A stretch of 64,000 nucleotides of DNA, taken from positions 11,447-75,446 of the forward strand of contig CAZMZD010000006.1 in assembly GCA_964570895.1 (NCBI GenBank), in the 5' to 3' direction. Below are positions 25,681 through 33,762 of this stretch, piece by piece (positions within the stretch are counted from its first letter, which is position 1; each line of letters starts with the position of its first letter). Both the position numbers and the translations under genes were made by a program. The DNA comes from an uncultured Gammaproteobacteria bacterium (lineage in GTDB: Bacteria > Cyanobacteriota > Vampirovibrionia > Gastranaerophilales > Gastranaerophilaceae). A model generated the notes under the pieces. The model ran no database searches and had not been told where the DNA came from. It was given only the letters and a program-made list of their open reading frames with translations.

Positions 25681-25845
25681 ATGGGCTTTTTTGATAAATT
25701 AAAAAATCTTTTGTTAGGGAAAATTACAGACGAAGAAATTGCTACCACAGAATGGCTATATTGCCCAAAATGCCAAATGAACTATGAAAAAGACATCATA
25801 GCAGATAACCATGGAAAATGCCCAAAATGCGGCGAGCAGCTGTAG
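25681..25845 (+). CDS. Small zinc-ribbon protein (54 aa), not in the ORF track
   Basis: My translation is MGFFDKLKNLLLGKITDEEIATTEWLYCPKCQMNYEKDIIADNHGKCPKCGEQL. It has two CPxC knuckles and RBS gaggg 4 nt before the ATG. A REP-like hairpin follows directly after the stop. Confidence 0.45.
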   Translation: MGFFDKLKNLLLGKITDEEIATTEWLYCPKCQMNYEKDIIADNHGKCPKCGEQL

Positions 25846-25848
25846 CTC

Positions 25849-25873
25849 GTAGGTTGGGCATACTTGCCCAACC
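25849..25873. repeat. REP-like GTAG-headed palindrome (variant core)
   Basis: gtaggttgggcatacttgcccaacc. Confidence 0.6.
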
Positions 25874-25888
25874 GCGTTAAGTTGCAGA

Positions 25889-25905
25889 GTGCGTTTATAC
25901 GCACC
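25889..25905. repeat. Palindrome gtgcgtttatacgcac
   Basis: Same family as ggtgcgtataaacgcacc at 36342-36363. Confidence 0.55.
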
Positions 25906-25927
25906 GCAGAATTGTTTATTTTGATTT

Positions 25928-25948
25928 GTCAGGCGGTGCTTGACCTAC
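25928..25948. repeat. REP-like palindrome ending in CTAC
   Basis: gtcaggcggtgcttgacctac, followed by gagctacggg. Confidence 0.6.
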
Positions 25949-25968
25949 GAGCTACGGGCTATTTAGTC

Positions 25969-26568
25969 CTAACGTTTTGGCCAGCTGGAGTTTTTTGTAC
26001 AATTTCTCATATATTCAAAAAATGGCTCTTTAAGATTATATCCGTCGCCATGCTTGAATATTTCCCCATCTTCTAAATAGTAGTATGTTCCATAACGATT
26101 ATCTTTGGAAAATATCGAACTACACATGTGTCCACTCATAAATTCCTTCCCATCTTTATAAAACGTTCCTTCAAGCTCCCTGCCAAGAGTGCTTCTATAT
26201 GTCACTTCGTCTATTATCCCGTTTGTGAAAACTTTGGTTTCCCTTCTATTAAAACCGATTGCGCCAACGTTAGATTTAATTTTCCCTGTGAATTTTTCGC
26301 CCGTTTCTTTATTCACAAGAACATTATCTCTAAATTCCAAACCCTTTTTTGCAATGTTTTCTTCAAATGTGCTTTTAGATAAAACACCCGCGACAATTGC
26401 AAGCGCTCCTGCCGCTCCTATAATCAACGGCATATATTTGCGGATTTTCTTGCGTATTTCTGATTTTTCCGCTCTTTTTTGGTTTTCTTGAGGTGCAGTA
26501 TTTTGAACCTTTTTAAAAGCCACACGGGACACGCTTTTGTTAACATATTTTATTGGCTGAATTTTCAT
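25969..26568 (-). CDS. Hypothetical membrane-anchored protein (one TM helix; weak MORN/YwqK-like repeats)
   Basis: 199 aa. N-terminus MKIQPIKYVNKSVSRVAFKK, TM helix YMPLIIGAAGALAIVAGVLS, then G-x-aromatic repeat-like segments (FTGKIKSN, GTFYKDGKEF, YYYLEDGEIFKHGDGYN). Its start overlaps the upstream gene by 4 nt (ATGA). Confidence 0.4.
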   Translation of the reverse strand: MKIQPIKYVNKSVSRVAFKKVQNTAPQENQKRAEKSEIRKKIRKYMPLIIGAAGALAIVAGVLSKSTFEENIAKKGLEFRDNVLVNKETGEKFTGKIKSNVGAIGFNRRETKVFTNGIIDEVTYRSTLGRELEGTFYKDGKEFMSGHMCSSIFSKDNRYGTYYYLEDGEIFKHGDGYNLKEPFFEYMRNCTKNSSWPKR

Positions 26569-27752
26569 CGTTCTATTTTATTCCTTAACATTAAGTCGTT
26601 TCTTTCGTCGAGTTTTTTAGTTGTTTCTTTATTAAAATCAAATAAACTATCTGCTAATTCAGCAAAAATTGACCTTTTGGAAACTTTGTTTTTTATTTTT
26701 TCAACAAATAAAGCTTTTTCTATATCACAATTCCTTCGAAAATGATTTTCAGCACTTTCTAACGTGCTATACAAAAACGTTTTTTGAGGTGCTTTTTCTT
26801 TTATTGTTTCAACAACAGGGAGCACTTCTTTTGCTTGAATTGTTTCAAGATATTCTGCAACATCATTTGCAACTTCTTCCGCTTTTTTGATATCGCCATT
26901 CCACACTTGTTGAGTGTAATAATCAAGATAAGACTGCGGAGTAGAGTATCTATATTGCCATCTGTTGCTGAAAATGTTAGCATAGTCTAAATCTTTTAGT
27001 GAACCTGTGAATTTATCATTACTATCAAGATTATTGCAGACATCTTTTGTTATTCTCTCTGCCATAAATTCATTCATATTTTCTGCAGAATATCTGCCAA
27101 GCTTGCATTTTGCTATAAGCTGCCCTATTGAAGTTGGTATTTTTGTTTTATTTAATTTGGACATCACATCTGCGTTACCATTGATATATAAATTTTTAAA
27201 ATGTGCACTATGTCCAAATTCATGAACGAATAATTGCAAATGGTTGGCAGTTGGGCTCCACCATTTTAATTTTTCTTTAATTTCTTGCAGTTGTAATTTT
27301 AATTCTGAATCAAAAAAATCATAATCGGAATTAAACCAAATTTCATTGCTGTCACCATATTTATAATGCTGATGCGCACCAAGCCAATTTTGTGTTTTCG
27401 GATCAGTGAATTTTTCTTTAAAAGAAGTAAATCCAACTATTTTTGGCAAACTGCTTGAACCAAACAATTCTTTAAACAATTCAACTGTTTTTTGTGTGCA
27501 TTTTGCAACAAGGTCATTGTCTTTAAAATCACATTTCATACCTTCTTCAAGCAAAACTTTTTCAATCCGCCCAGCTTCTAATAAAAGGTTTGAAGTGAAT
27601 GCAATTTTTGAACGATTATTTTCATATTTATCCGCAAAATCCAAAACATCTTGTGAAATAGGTTTTGGTGATTTTTCATACACAACCTTGCTTGCAAAAC
27701 TCAAATTGTTTCTTTTTGTAACATTAACACCTGAAATTAGATTTACTTTCAT
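26565..27752 (-). CDS. Putative zinc metallopeptidase (HExxH)
   Basis: 395 aa. The only clear motif is LFVHEFGHSAHF (HExxH). There is no signal peptide. The N-terminus is MKVNLISGVNVTKRNNLSFASK. Confidence 0.45.
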   Translation of the reverse strand: MKVNLISGVNVTKRNNLSFASKVVYEKSPKPISQDVLDFADKYENNRSKIAFTSNLLLEAGRIEKVLLEEGMKCDFKDNDLVAKCTQKTVELFKELFGSSSLPKIVGFTSFKEKFTDPKTQNWLGAHQHYKYGDSNEIWFNSDYDFFDSELKLQLQEIKEKLKWWSPTANHLQLFVHEFGHSAHFKNLYINGNADVMSKLNKTKIPTSIGQLIAKCKLGRYSAENMNEFMAERITKDVCNNLDSNDKFTGSLKDLDYANIFSNRWQYRYSTPQSYLDYYTQQVWNGDIKKAEEVANDVAEYLETIQAKEVLPVVETIKEKAPQKTFLYSTLESAENHFRRNCDIEKALFVEKIKNKVSKRSIFAELADSLFDFNKETTKKLDERNDLMLRNKIER

Positions 27753-27831
27753 TTTTACTTCTCTTTATTTGATACCTTCAAACGGCTCTACAAAACATGA
27801 AAATAACATCTTTTGCTAGTTGCATAAAATA

Positions 27832-27846
27832 AATGTTACAAATTTT
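27832..27846. promoter_or_regulatory. Near-palindrome AAATGTTACAAATTT (candidate operator)
   Basis: Lies in the divergent intergenic region between the HExxH operon and the sigma28-driven small ORFs. Confidence 0.4.
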
Positions 27847-27926
27847 TATATCAAAAAATCAAAAAGACTTGAGAGTGCATAATGCAAAACACATCACAAA
27901 ACCGCCAAATGAGCAATTTCACTAAG

Positions 27927-27940
27927 AAATGTAACAATTT
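27927..27940. promoter_or_regulatory. Near-palindrome AAATGTAACAATTT (candidate operator)
   Basis: Second copy in the same divergent intergenic region. Confidence 0.4.
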
Positions 27941-27962
27941 GTAAAAAAAGCTGAAAAAATCA

Positions 27963-27989
27963 TTAAGAATAATTTTGAAATGCCGATTA
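27963..27989 (+). promoter_or_regulatory. Sigma28-type promoter candidate P1
   Basis: TTAA-N15-GCCGATTA. The -10 element matches GCCGATAA at 7/8. Confidence 0.45.
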
Positions 27990-28014
27990 GTTATTTGTAA
28001 GGGATTTAAGGCAG

Positions 28015-28041
28015 TTTAATTTTCTTACAAAAGGTCGATAA
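28015..28041 (+). promoter_or_regulatory. Sigma28-type promoter candidate P2
   Basis: TTTA-N15-GTCGATAA. The -10 element matches at 7/8. Confidence 0.4.
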
Positions 28042-28121
28042 GAAGAAAAAATAGCTAACAAGGCAATTTTTATTCTCTCAATGTTTTTATTAATGTAGGG
28101 TTTCCTACAGAAGAGGTTACC

Positions 28122-28394
28122 TTGATACAACAAAATATCAGAATTTACGCAAAAAGGCTCAGAAACTACTTGAGTTTTACACGCAATTATCTGTTAAGAA
28201 AAAACCCAATTATGATGCTTGCCAACGAAATTGAGGTAATTCTTAAAGACGTTTTGTTGTTGAACAGAAAAAAGAAAATGGCTCATTACAGGCTTTCTTA
28301 TCAAATTCACAAATTGAATGAAATGGAAACGTTGATTGCAAAAAACAATGAGCACACTTTCTTAAAAGGTAAAAAGTTTAATACATTGAGATAA
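28122..28394 (+). CDS. Hypothetical small basic protein
   Basis: 90 aa with a TTG start, preceded by agaagagg at 5-nt spacing. No recognisable domain, and the coding status is uncertain. Confidence 0.3.
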   Translation: MIQQNIRIYAKRLRNYLSFTRNYLLRKNPIMMLANEIEVILKDVLLLNRKKKMAHYRLSYQIHKLNEMETLIAKNNEHTFLKGKKFNTLR

Positions 28395-28397
28395 AAA

Positions 28398-28724
28398 ATG
28401 GGCATTCTAACATCAACTTACGGGCTAACATATCAAATTAACGAAAGAGCGAATTACGAGAACAAAATCAGTGATTGCGAACAAAAAGCAATGAATTTGT
28501 CGAACACGATTAATGAACTCGGAACGGCGCAAAGCGGTTTGCCAAAAGACAGCCCTGAACTAAAAGCCTTGGAAGCAAGGGTTAAAAGGCTCCAAGTGCT
28601 CGAAACAGAATTGGAACAACAAAAAACAAAATATCAAAATAAATTGCAAATAGTTGAAAAAGAAATTCAAAAACACCAACAAGATTACACAAATTCTGTT
28701 AACAGATTTTACGGGCAAGGTTAA
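28398..28724 (+). CDS. Hypothetical coiled-coil protein
   Basis: 108 aa with heptad-rich KALEARVKRLQVLETELEQQKTKYQNKLQIVEKEIQKHQ. It starts 3 nt after the previous ORF and lies downstream of the sigma28-type promoters. Confidence 0.4.
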   Translation: MGILTSTYGLTYQINERANYENKISDCEQKAMNLSNTINELGTAQSGLPKDSPELKALEARVKRLQVLETELEQQKTKYQNKLQIVEKEIQKHQQDYTNSVNRFYGQG

Positions 28725-28741
28725 TAAATTACATTAAATAG

Positions 28742-28770
28742 TTGGTCAAAATCTTCTTATGGTATATAAT
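28742..28770 (+). promoter_or_regulatory. Sigma70-type promoter candidate for the 28800/slt unit
   Basis: TTGGTC-N17-TATAAT. Confidence 0.5.
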
Positions 28771-28799
28771 AATAATATTGGAAGATTTAGGATATTTTT

Positions 28800-29231
28800 A
28801 TGAAAAAATTATTTTTAATTGCATGCTCTTTTTTAATTATGCCTTGCGCTTTTGCGTATATTACAACGAACGAACTTTCGGATGTTGAATATTTAAAAGG
28901 CAAAGGCTACTCTGAAGCTTTGCTTAAGACTATGGATTTACAAAAAGATAACCAAAAAGGCCCGCACGGAACATACGAAAGAGTTTATCAAACAAACAGA
29001 TACGTAAAACCTTCCGGTTCTTTCTCGAAACAAACTAAAGAACATCTTATATACGTCTACGATAAAGCAAAATTGTATCTTGACCCAATTCAAGATGACG
29101 ATTTGTTTGGAAACCGCGATGCGTCATTCACAAACAAACCAATCAACGAAATACCAACTCGCAGAGAGGCTCCGGCTAAGGTTGAAGAACCAACAGAAAG
29201 TTTAAACCAAGATACCGTAGAAAATCTATAA
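28800..29231 (+). CDS. Hypothetical exported protein
   Basis: 143 aa with N-terminal signal peptide MKKLFLIACSFLIMPCAFA. No other motif was recognised. Confidence 0.5.
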   Translation: MKKLFLIACSFLIMPCAFAYITTNELSDVEYLKGKGYSEALLKTMDLQKDNQKGPHGTYERVYQTNRYVKPSGSFSKQTKEHLIYVYDKAKLYLDPIQDDDLFGNRDASFTNKPINEIPTRREAPAKVEEPTESLNQDTVENL

Positions 29232-29237
29232 AACAAA

Positions 29238-31157
29238 ATGAACGAAAGAATATTCTTAAATTCAATTATCGGTTTATTCATTGGAATTAGCCTGCTTTTT
29301 TCGCTTACATTTTTTAAAAGAAATGCAAGCGAGAGCGACTATAAATTTTTTGGACAAGGGGTTGAGTTTTCAAAGCAACAAGATTATCAAAACGCGTATT
29401 TCAATTTTGGTAAAGTTAACAAATTTTCTAAGCTTTACCCGCTTGCAATATACAGACAAGCGCTTTGCGCAAAAGAACTAAACGACACAAAAACTGCAAC
29501 AAAAAAATATAAGAAATTTTTAAGCACATCATCAGATATTAATTTCCGCCCTGCAGCGCTGTGGGAACTTGCGGAAATATACAGAAAAAACGATAAAATT
29601 CACGCAAGCAAAAAAATCTATCAAAGAATTATCAAGAAAAACCCTGAAACTGACTTTGCGATAGCTTCAAAATATCGCATGGCAGAATATACAAAAAATA
29701 TAAAATTAAGAAAAAAATATATGGCAGAATATCTTGAAGAAGCCCCGATTGGGAGATTTTCAAAGCCATGTGCCGAAAAATTTGCAACATATAATCTAGA
29801 CGAGGGCGAAAAATATATTCTTGCAAATTCTTATTACACTCATAAAGATTATAAAAGCGCATTAAAAACTTTAAGTGGCACAAAAGAAGCAAAAAATCTG
29901 CTTCTTGCGGCTAAATGCTACGGTGCCCTTTCAGACAAAGAAAATGCAAAAAAATATTATGTTTCATATCTTAAAAACATAAATGAAGATACAGAGGGTA
30001 TAAACGACGCAATCACAAGCTACATTAAAGTTTCAGGGCAAACAAAAGCGCAAGCGCTTGGAAATTTAGCACAAATTGTGCACAACAAACGCTCAAGAGC
30101 AGGAATTTTATTTAACTTGGCGCAAATTTCAAACGGAAAAACCGCACAAGATTTGTATACGCAAGTTTTGAATTTAACGCCGAGCGGATATTTTGCGCCG
30201 GAGAGTTTAGCCGAGATTTTTTGGTATCACTATAAAAAGAAAAATTACACAAAAGCGCTATCCGTTGCAAACAACCACATGCAAAATTTCCCTAATAAAA
30301 ACTCAAGCGCAAAAATTATATATTTCGCAGGAAAAATTCACCTCGCAAAAAATAACAAAAGAAACGCGGAAAAATATTTCTCATATATCCTAACAAACTA
30401 TCCTAACGGATATTATGCTTACAGAGCGCACGAAATGCTTGGCAAAAAGAAAAAACCCTTTTCTATTCAGCCTTTTAGAAAACTTCCGCCGGAAGAAAAC
30501 TTCACCCTCAAAACAAACTCTTATTTTATAGATGTCCTCTGCGATTTTGAAGATTTTAACACACTCGACACACTAAAAATAAAGGATGATTTTTTAAAGA
30601 GTTATCTTGCCTATAAAAAAGGCTCTGTGCAATATTCTATCTTGCTTGCAAAGGGCGCATTAGACAAAGAAGGTGAAAATTACCGCAAAAACCCCAATTG
30701 GGCAAAGCTTGCATACCCGATTTATTATCAATTCTACATCAACGAAAGTGGCGAAAAATATAGCATAAACCCACATTTTATTATTTCTTTAATAAAAGAA
30801 GAAAGCCATTTCAATAAAGACGCTGTAAGCTCCGCAGGCGCCGCAGGTTTAATGCAAATTATGCCAAGAACTGCAAGTTTTATGGAAGACAGAGCAATCA
30901 CTTCAAAAGATTTGCAAAATGCAGAATATAACATTCATGTAGGCACTAAATATATTGATTCCATCATTGATAGTTTTGGAAACGAGATGTTTGCGGTCGC
31001 TTCATATAACGCTGGGGTTGGAAATGTCAGAAAATGGCAACAGCAAATTTACGACGGCGATTTAGATGATTTTGTTGAAGATATACCATTTCTTGAAACT
31101 AAAGTTTATGTAAAAAAAGTGTTCACAAGTTTTTGGAACTATTCAAGGTTATATTAA
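29238..31157 (+). CDS. slt: Soluble lytic murein transglycosylase (Slt70-like: helical/TPR-like repeats plus SLT domain)
   Basis: 639 aa. The C-terminal SLT catalytic region is present (LIKEESHFNKDAVSSAGAAGLMQIMPRTA ... ASYNAGVGNVRKW). The long helical N-terminal part has TPR-like repeats. Confidence 0.85.
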   Translation: MNERIFLNSIIGLFIGISLLFSLTFFKRNASESDYKFFGQGVEFSKQQDYQNAYFNFGKVNKFSKLYPLAIYRQALCAKELNDTKTATKKYKKFLSTSSDINFRPAALWELAEIYRKNDKIHASKKIYQRIIKKNPETDFAIASKYRMAEYTKNIKLRKKYMAEYLEEAPIGRFSKPCAEKFATYNLDEGEKYILANSYYTHKDYKSALKTLSGTKEAKNLLLAAKCYGALSDKENAKKYYVSYLKNINEDTEGINDAITSYIKVSGQTKAQALGNLAQIVHNKRSRAGILFNLAQISNGKTAQDLYTQVLNLTPSGYFAPESLAEIFWYHYKKKNYTKALSVANNHMQNFPNKNSSAKIIYFAGKIHLAKNNKRNAEKYFSYILTNYPNGYYAYRAHEMLGKKKKPFSIQPFRKLPPEENFTLKTNSYFIDVLCDFEDFNTLDTLKIKDDFLKSYLAYKKGSVQYSILLAKGALDKEGENYRKNPNWAKLAYPIYYQFYINESGEKYSINPHFIISLIKEESHFNKDAVSSAGAAGLMQIMPRTASFMEDRAITSKDLQNAEYNIHVGTKYIDSIIDSFGNEMFAVASYNAGVGNVRKWQQQIYDGDLDDFVEDIPFLETKVYVKKVFTSFWNYSRLY

Positions 31158-31202
31158 AAAACTCTTGCCATTAAAAACCTTTAGTTTAAAATAAGGGTAA
31201 GT

Positions 31203-32201
31203 ATGAATATTTCAATTACACCGAGTGATATCTTTATGGTTTTGGGGTTTACCCTTTCCCTTTACTCTTGTGTTTCAAATGATGTTATTCAAACACTCGG
31301 GACTTTTTTAAGCTCCACTAAAGATAAACCCGTCTGGCTGATTTGGCTGTTTGCAAGCACAGTGCTTGTTGTGACATTGCTTAGCGGCTGGTATTTATCA
31401 GGCGGAGCCGATATGGCATTTGGCAGGTTAGATAGAATACCTCCTCTTGATAGGCTCTATTGGTGGCATATAATTCCGCCTCTTGCGCTAATTTATATGA
31501 CAAAAAAAGGCTTGCCTGTTGCAACTGCCTTCATTATCTTAACCGTTTTTTCGCCGTCAACGGTCATTGGGCTTATGGTAATGAAATCTTTGGTTGGATA
31601 TTTTTCAGCATTTGCTTGCGCTTTTGTTATTTATTTCTTTATCTCAAGAAAAATTGAAAAGCATTTTCTATATTCAAAAGGCGAACGTATTCCAACGGGC
31701 TGGATAGTTGCAAAATGGATTTCAACAGTGTTTCTTTGGTCGTCTTGGCTTATGCAAGACGCCGCCGTTTTATACGTTTACCTCCCAAGGCATTTGAACA
31801 TTTGGCAAGTTATTGTTTCGCTCATTGCCGCATGCGGACTTCTATACATTATTTGCTATAAAAGAGGGGGCGAAATTCAAAACATCTTGAAGCTTAAAAC
31901 AAACACTCAAGACACCCGCTCTGCAACAATTATTGACATTGTTTTTGCTTCAATATTGTTCTTCTTCCAACATGTAAATAATATCCCGATGTCAACAACT
32001 TGGGTGTTCCTTGGGGTTCTTGCAGGAAGAGAAATTGCAATGTATAACAGAATACGTTTTGAAACCGAGAAAAAAGTATACAAACACATATTTAAAGACT
32101 TCTCGAAAGCCTCTATGGGGCTTGTGTTGTCAATCGTAGTCGCAATGGTTGTAACACACATTCCAATTATTGAAAATTATATTAAAAATTTCTTTAAATA
32201 A
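31203..32201 (+). CDS. Polytopic membrane protein, distantly PiT/PHO4-like
   Basis: 332 aa with about 8 hydrophobic helices. SNDVIQTLGTFLSS and MSTTWVFLGVLAGREI loosely recall the duplicated PiT motifs (GANDVAN..GT, PVSTTH...G...G). Confidence 0.4.
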   Translation: MNISITPSDIFMVLGFTLSLYSCVSNDVIQTLGTFLSSTKDKPVWLIWLFASTVLVVTLLSGWYLSGGADMAFGRLDRIPPLDRLYWWHIIPPLALIYMTKKGLPVATAFIILTVFSPSTVIGLMVMKSLVGYFSAFACAFVIYFFISRKIEKHFLYSKGERIPTGWIVAKWISTVFLWSSWLMQDAAVLYVYLPRHLNIWQVIVSLIAACGLLYIICYKRGGEIQNILKLKTNTQDTRSATIIDIVFASILFFFQHVNNIPMSTTWVFLGVLAGREIAMYNRIRFETEKKVYKHIFKDFSKASMGLVLSIVVAMVVTHIPIIENYIKNFFK

Positions 32202-32203
32202 AA

Positions 32204-32851
32204 TTACGCTTGAAATGATTTTTTAGTTGGGTCTTGCTCTTTTGGTTTTCTAAATGAAGAAATTATATTATATAAAAGTGCAATCATTATACCCGTTCTT
32301 ACGCCTGACGCGATTAAATTAGGGCGATTCATAGATTTTGTTGCCTTTTTAGCTTTTTTAATCAAATCTGACTCTGAAGCATTTTTAATCAGCTCTTCCG
32401 CTTTTTCTTTTGCCAATTTGCAAGCATTATCATAAGATTTTTTAAACTCTTCCAATTTTTCAGGATTTGGCAATTTTTTAAGTTCTTCTTTTCCTGCTGC
32501 AATAGCGTCTATAATATCTTGCCCCTTATTTGGAATAGCTTCTTTGCTTGCAATATCTTTAGTTATTATATCTGCCTTCAGCGCATTATTATACAAGGTA
32601 TGTTTATCAAAAAAATCCTGCGCAATTGATTTAAGAGAAGAATTACTGCCTTCCACTCTTGCTTCATCAAGCACTTTTTCAATAGCCGGCTTGCATGGCA
32701 TAAAACTAACAGCCGTGCCGATTGCACCGCCAACAACAGCACCACTTGCTGCTGTTAATGCTGTTCCTAAAAGGCTTGCCTTAGCGCTTGCTTTTGCTTC
32801 TGCTTTTTCTTGTGGTGTGGCTTTTGCGCCAAAAGATACTGTCATACCCAT
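32204..32851 (-). CDS. Hypothetical membrane protein (glycine-zipper helix, helical K/E-rich middle, C-terminal TM)
   Basis: 215 aa with N-terminus MGMTVSFGAKA, then LLGTALTAASGAVVGGAIGTAVSF. The C-terminal TM helix is GVRTGIMIALLYNIISSF. Confidence 0.4.
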   Translation of the reverse strand: MGMTVSFGAKATPQEKAEAKASAKASLLGTALTAASGAVVGGAIGTAVSFMPCKPAIEKVLDEARVEGSNSSLKSIAQDFFDKHTLYNNALKADIITKDIASKEAIPNKGQDIIDAIAAGKEELKKLPNPEKLEEFKKSYDNACKLAKEKAEELIKNASESDLIKKAKKATKSMNRPNLIASGVRTGIMIALLYNIISSFRKPKEQDPTKKSFQA

Positions 32852-32958
32852 AAAATATTTCCTTCCACTTAAATAAAAACTTTTTTTATAAAAAAATTGC
32901 CAAAGAAAATTAAAATTTGTATAATTTCTTATAATTTATTGTCATTTGAAAGGAAAAA

Positions 32959-33660
32959 ATGAAAAAAATTTTAATAACAGGAACGAGCAAAGGAATAGGA
33001 AATGCCATTTTTGAACACTTTAAAAATTTAGGTTACGAAGTGTTTGGCACAGGAAGAAGCAATGTAAATGAGAAAAATTATCTGCAAATTGATTTAATGA
33101 CAGAAGGCGCTCCTGAAAAATTATACAAAACAGCGTACGACACGATGGGCAGCGTTGATATTTTAATAAATAACGCAGGAATTTACACTTCATGTAAAAC
33201 AGAAAATATGCAAGCAGATGAAATAGCTTCGATGGTTAATATGAATTTTGTCGTTCCATACAAACTTATCGTGCAAGCTATTCCTTATATGAAAGAGAAA
33301 AAATGGGGAAGAATTATAAACATTGGCTCAATTTCAGGCGCAGTTGGGGAAGGTTACGCTTCGCTTTATAGCGGGACAAAAGCAGGGCTTATGGGGCTTT
33401 CAAAATCTTTAGGGCTAGAGCTTGCAGAGTTTGGAATAACAGTTAACACAATAAACCCAGGCTGGGTGGAAACGGAACTTGCGGAAGAGGCGTGCGCCAC
33501 AGGGGAATTTTCTAAAGAAGAAAACCTGCAAATCATTCCTCAAAAAAGATTTATTCAACCGGCTGAAATTGCCAAAATGTGCGAATATTTGATTTCTGAC
33601 GGAGCAAAAGGCTTAACAGGGCAATCTATAAACCTTTGCGCCGGGCTTAGCATAGGATAA
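32959..33660 (+). CDS. SDR-family oxidoreductase (FabG-like)
   Basis: 233 aa with ITGTSKGIGNAI, NNAGI, S...YSGTKAG catalytic pattern, and NTINPGWVETE. Confidence 0.85.
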   Translation: MKKILITGTSKGIGNAIFEHFKNLGYEVFGTGRSNVNEKNYLQIDLMTEGAPEKLYKTAYDTMGSVDILINNAGIYTSCKTENMQADEIASMVNMNFVVPYKLIVQAIPYMKEKKWGRIINIGSISGAVGEGYASLYSGTKAGLMGLSKSLGLELAEFGITVNTINPGWVETELAEEACATGEFSKEENLQIIPQKRFIQPAEIAKMCEYLISDGAKGLTGQSINLCAGLSIG

Positions 33661-33701
33661 CTTTGCGCGCAAGCTAGTGCATAATAATATTAAAAAACCT
33701 C

Positions 33702-33727
33702 AAACCCCCAAGATATCTCGGGGGTTT
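33702..33727. terminator. Bidirectional hairpin terminator between SDR and HD-GYP genes
   Basis: Stem aaaccccc / gggggttt with a 10-nt loop. An A-run precedes it and a T-run follows. Confidence 0.7.
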
Positions 33728-33762
33728 TCGGTATATTTTGTAACTAACTTAAGGTTCAAATA

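Noticed and set aside
27760-27800. Sigma28-type promoter for the HExxH operon (minus strand ..gtagaGCCGTTTGaagg..).
   Set aside because: The -10 element matches only 5/8, and no TAAA-like -35 lies at the right spacing. This is too weak to report as a feature.
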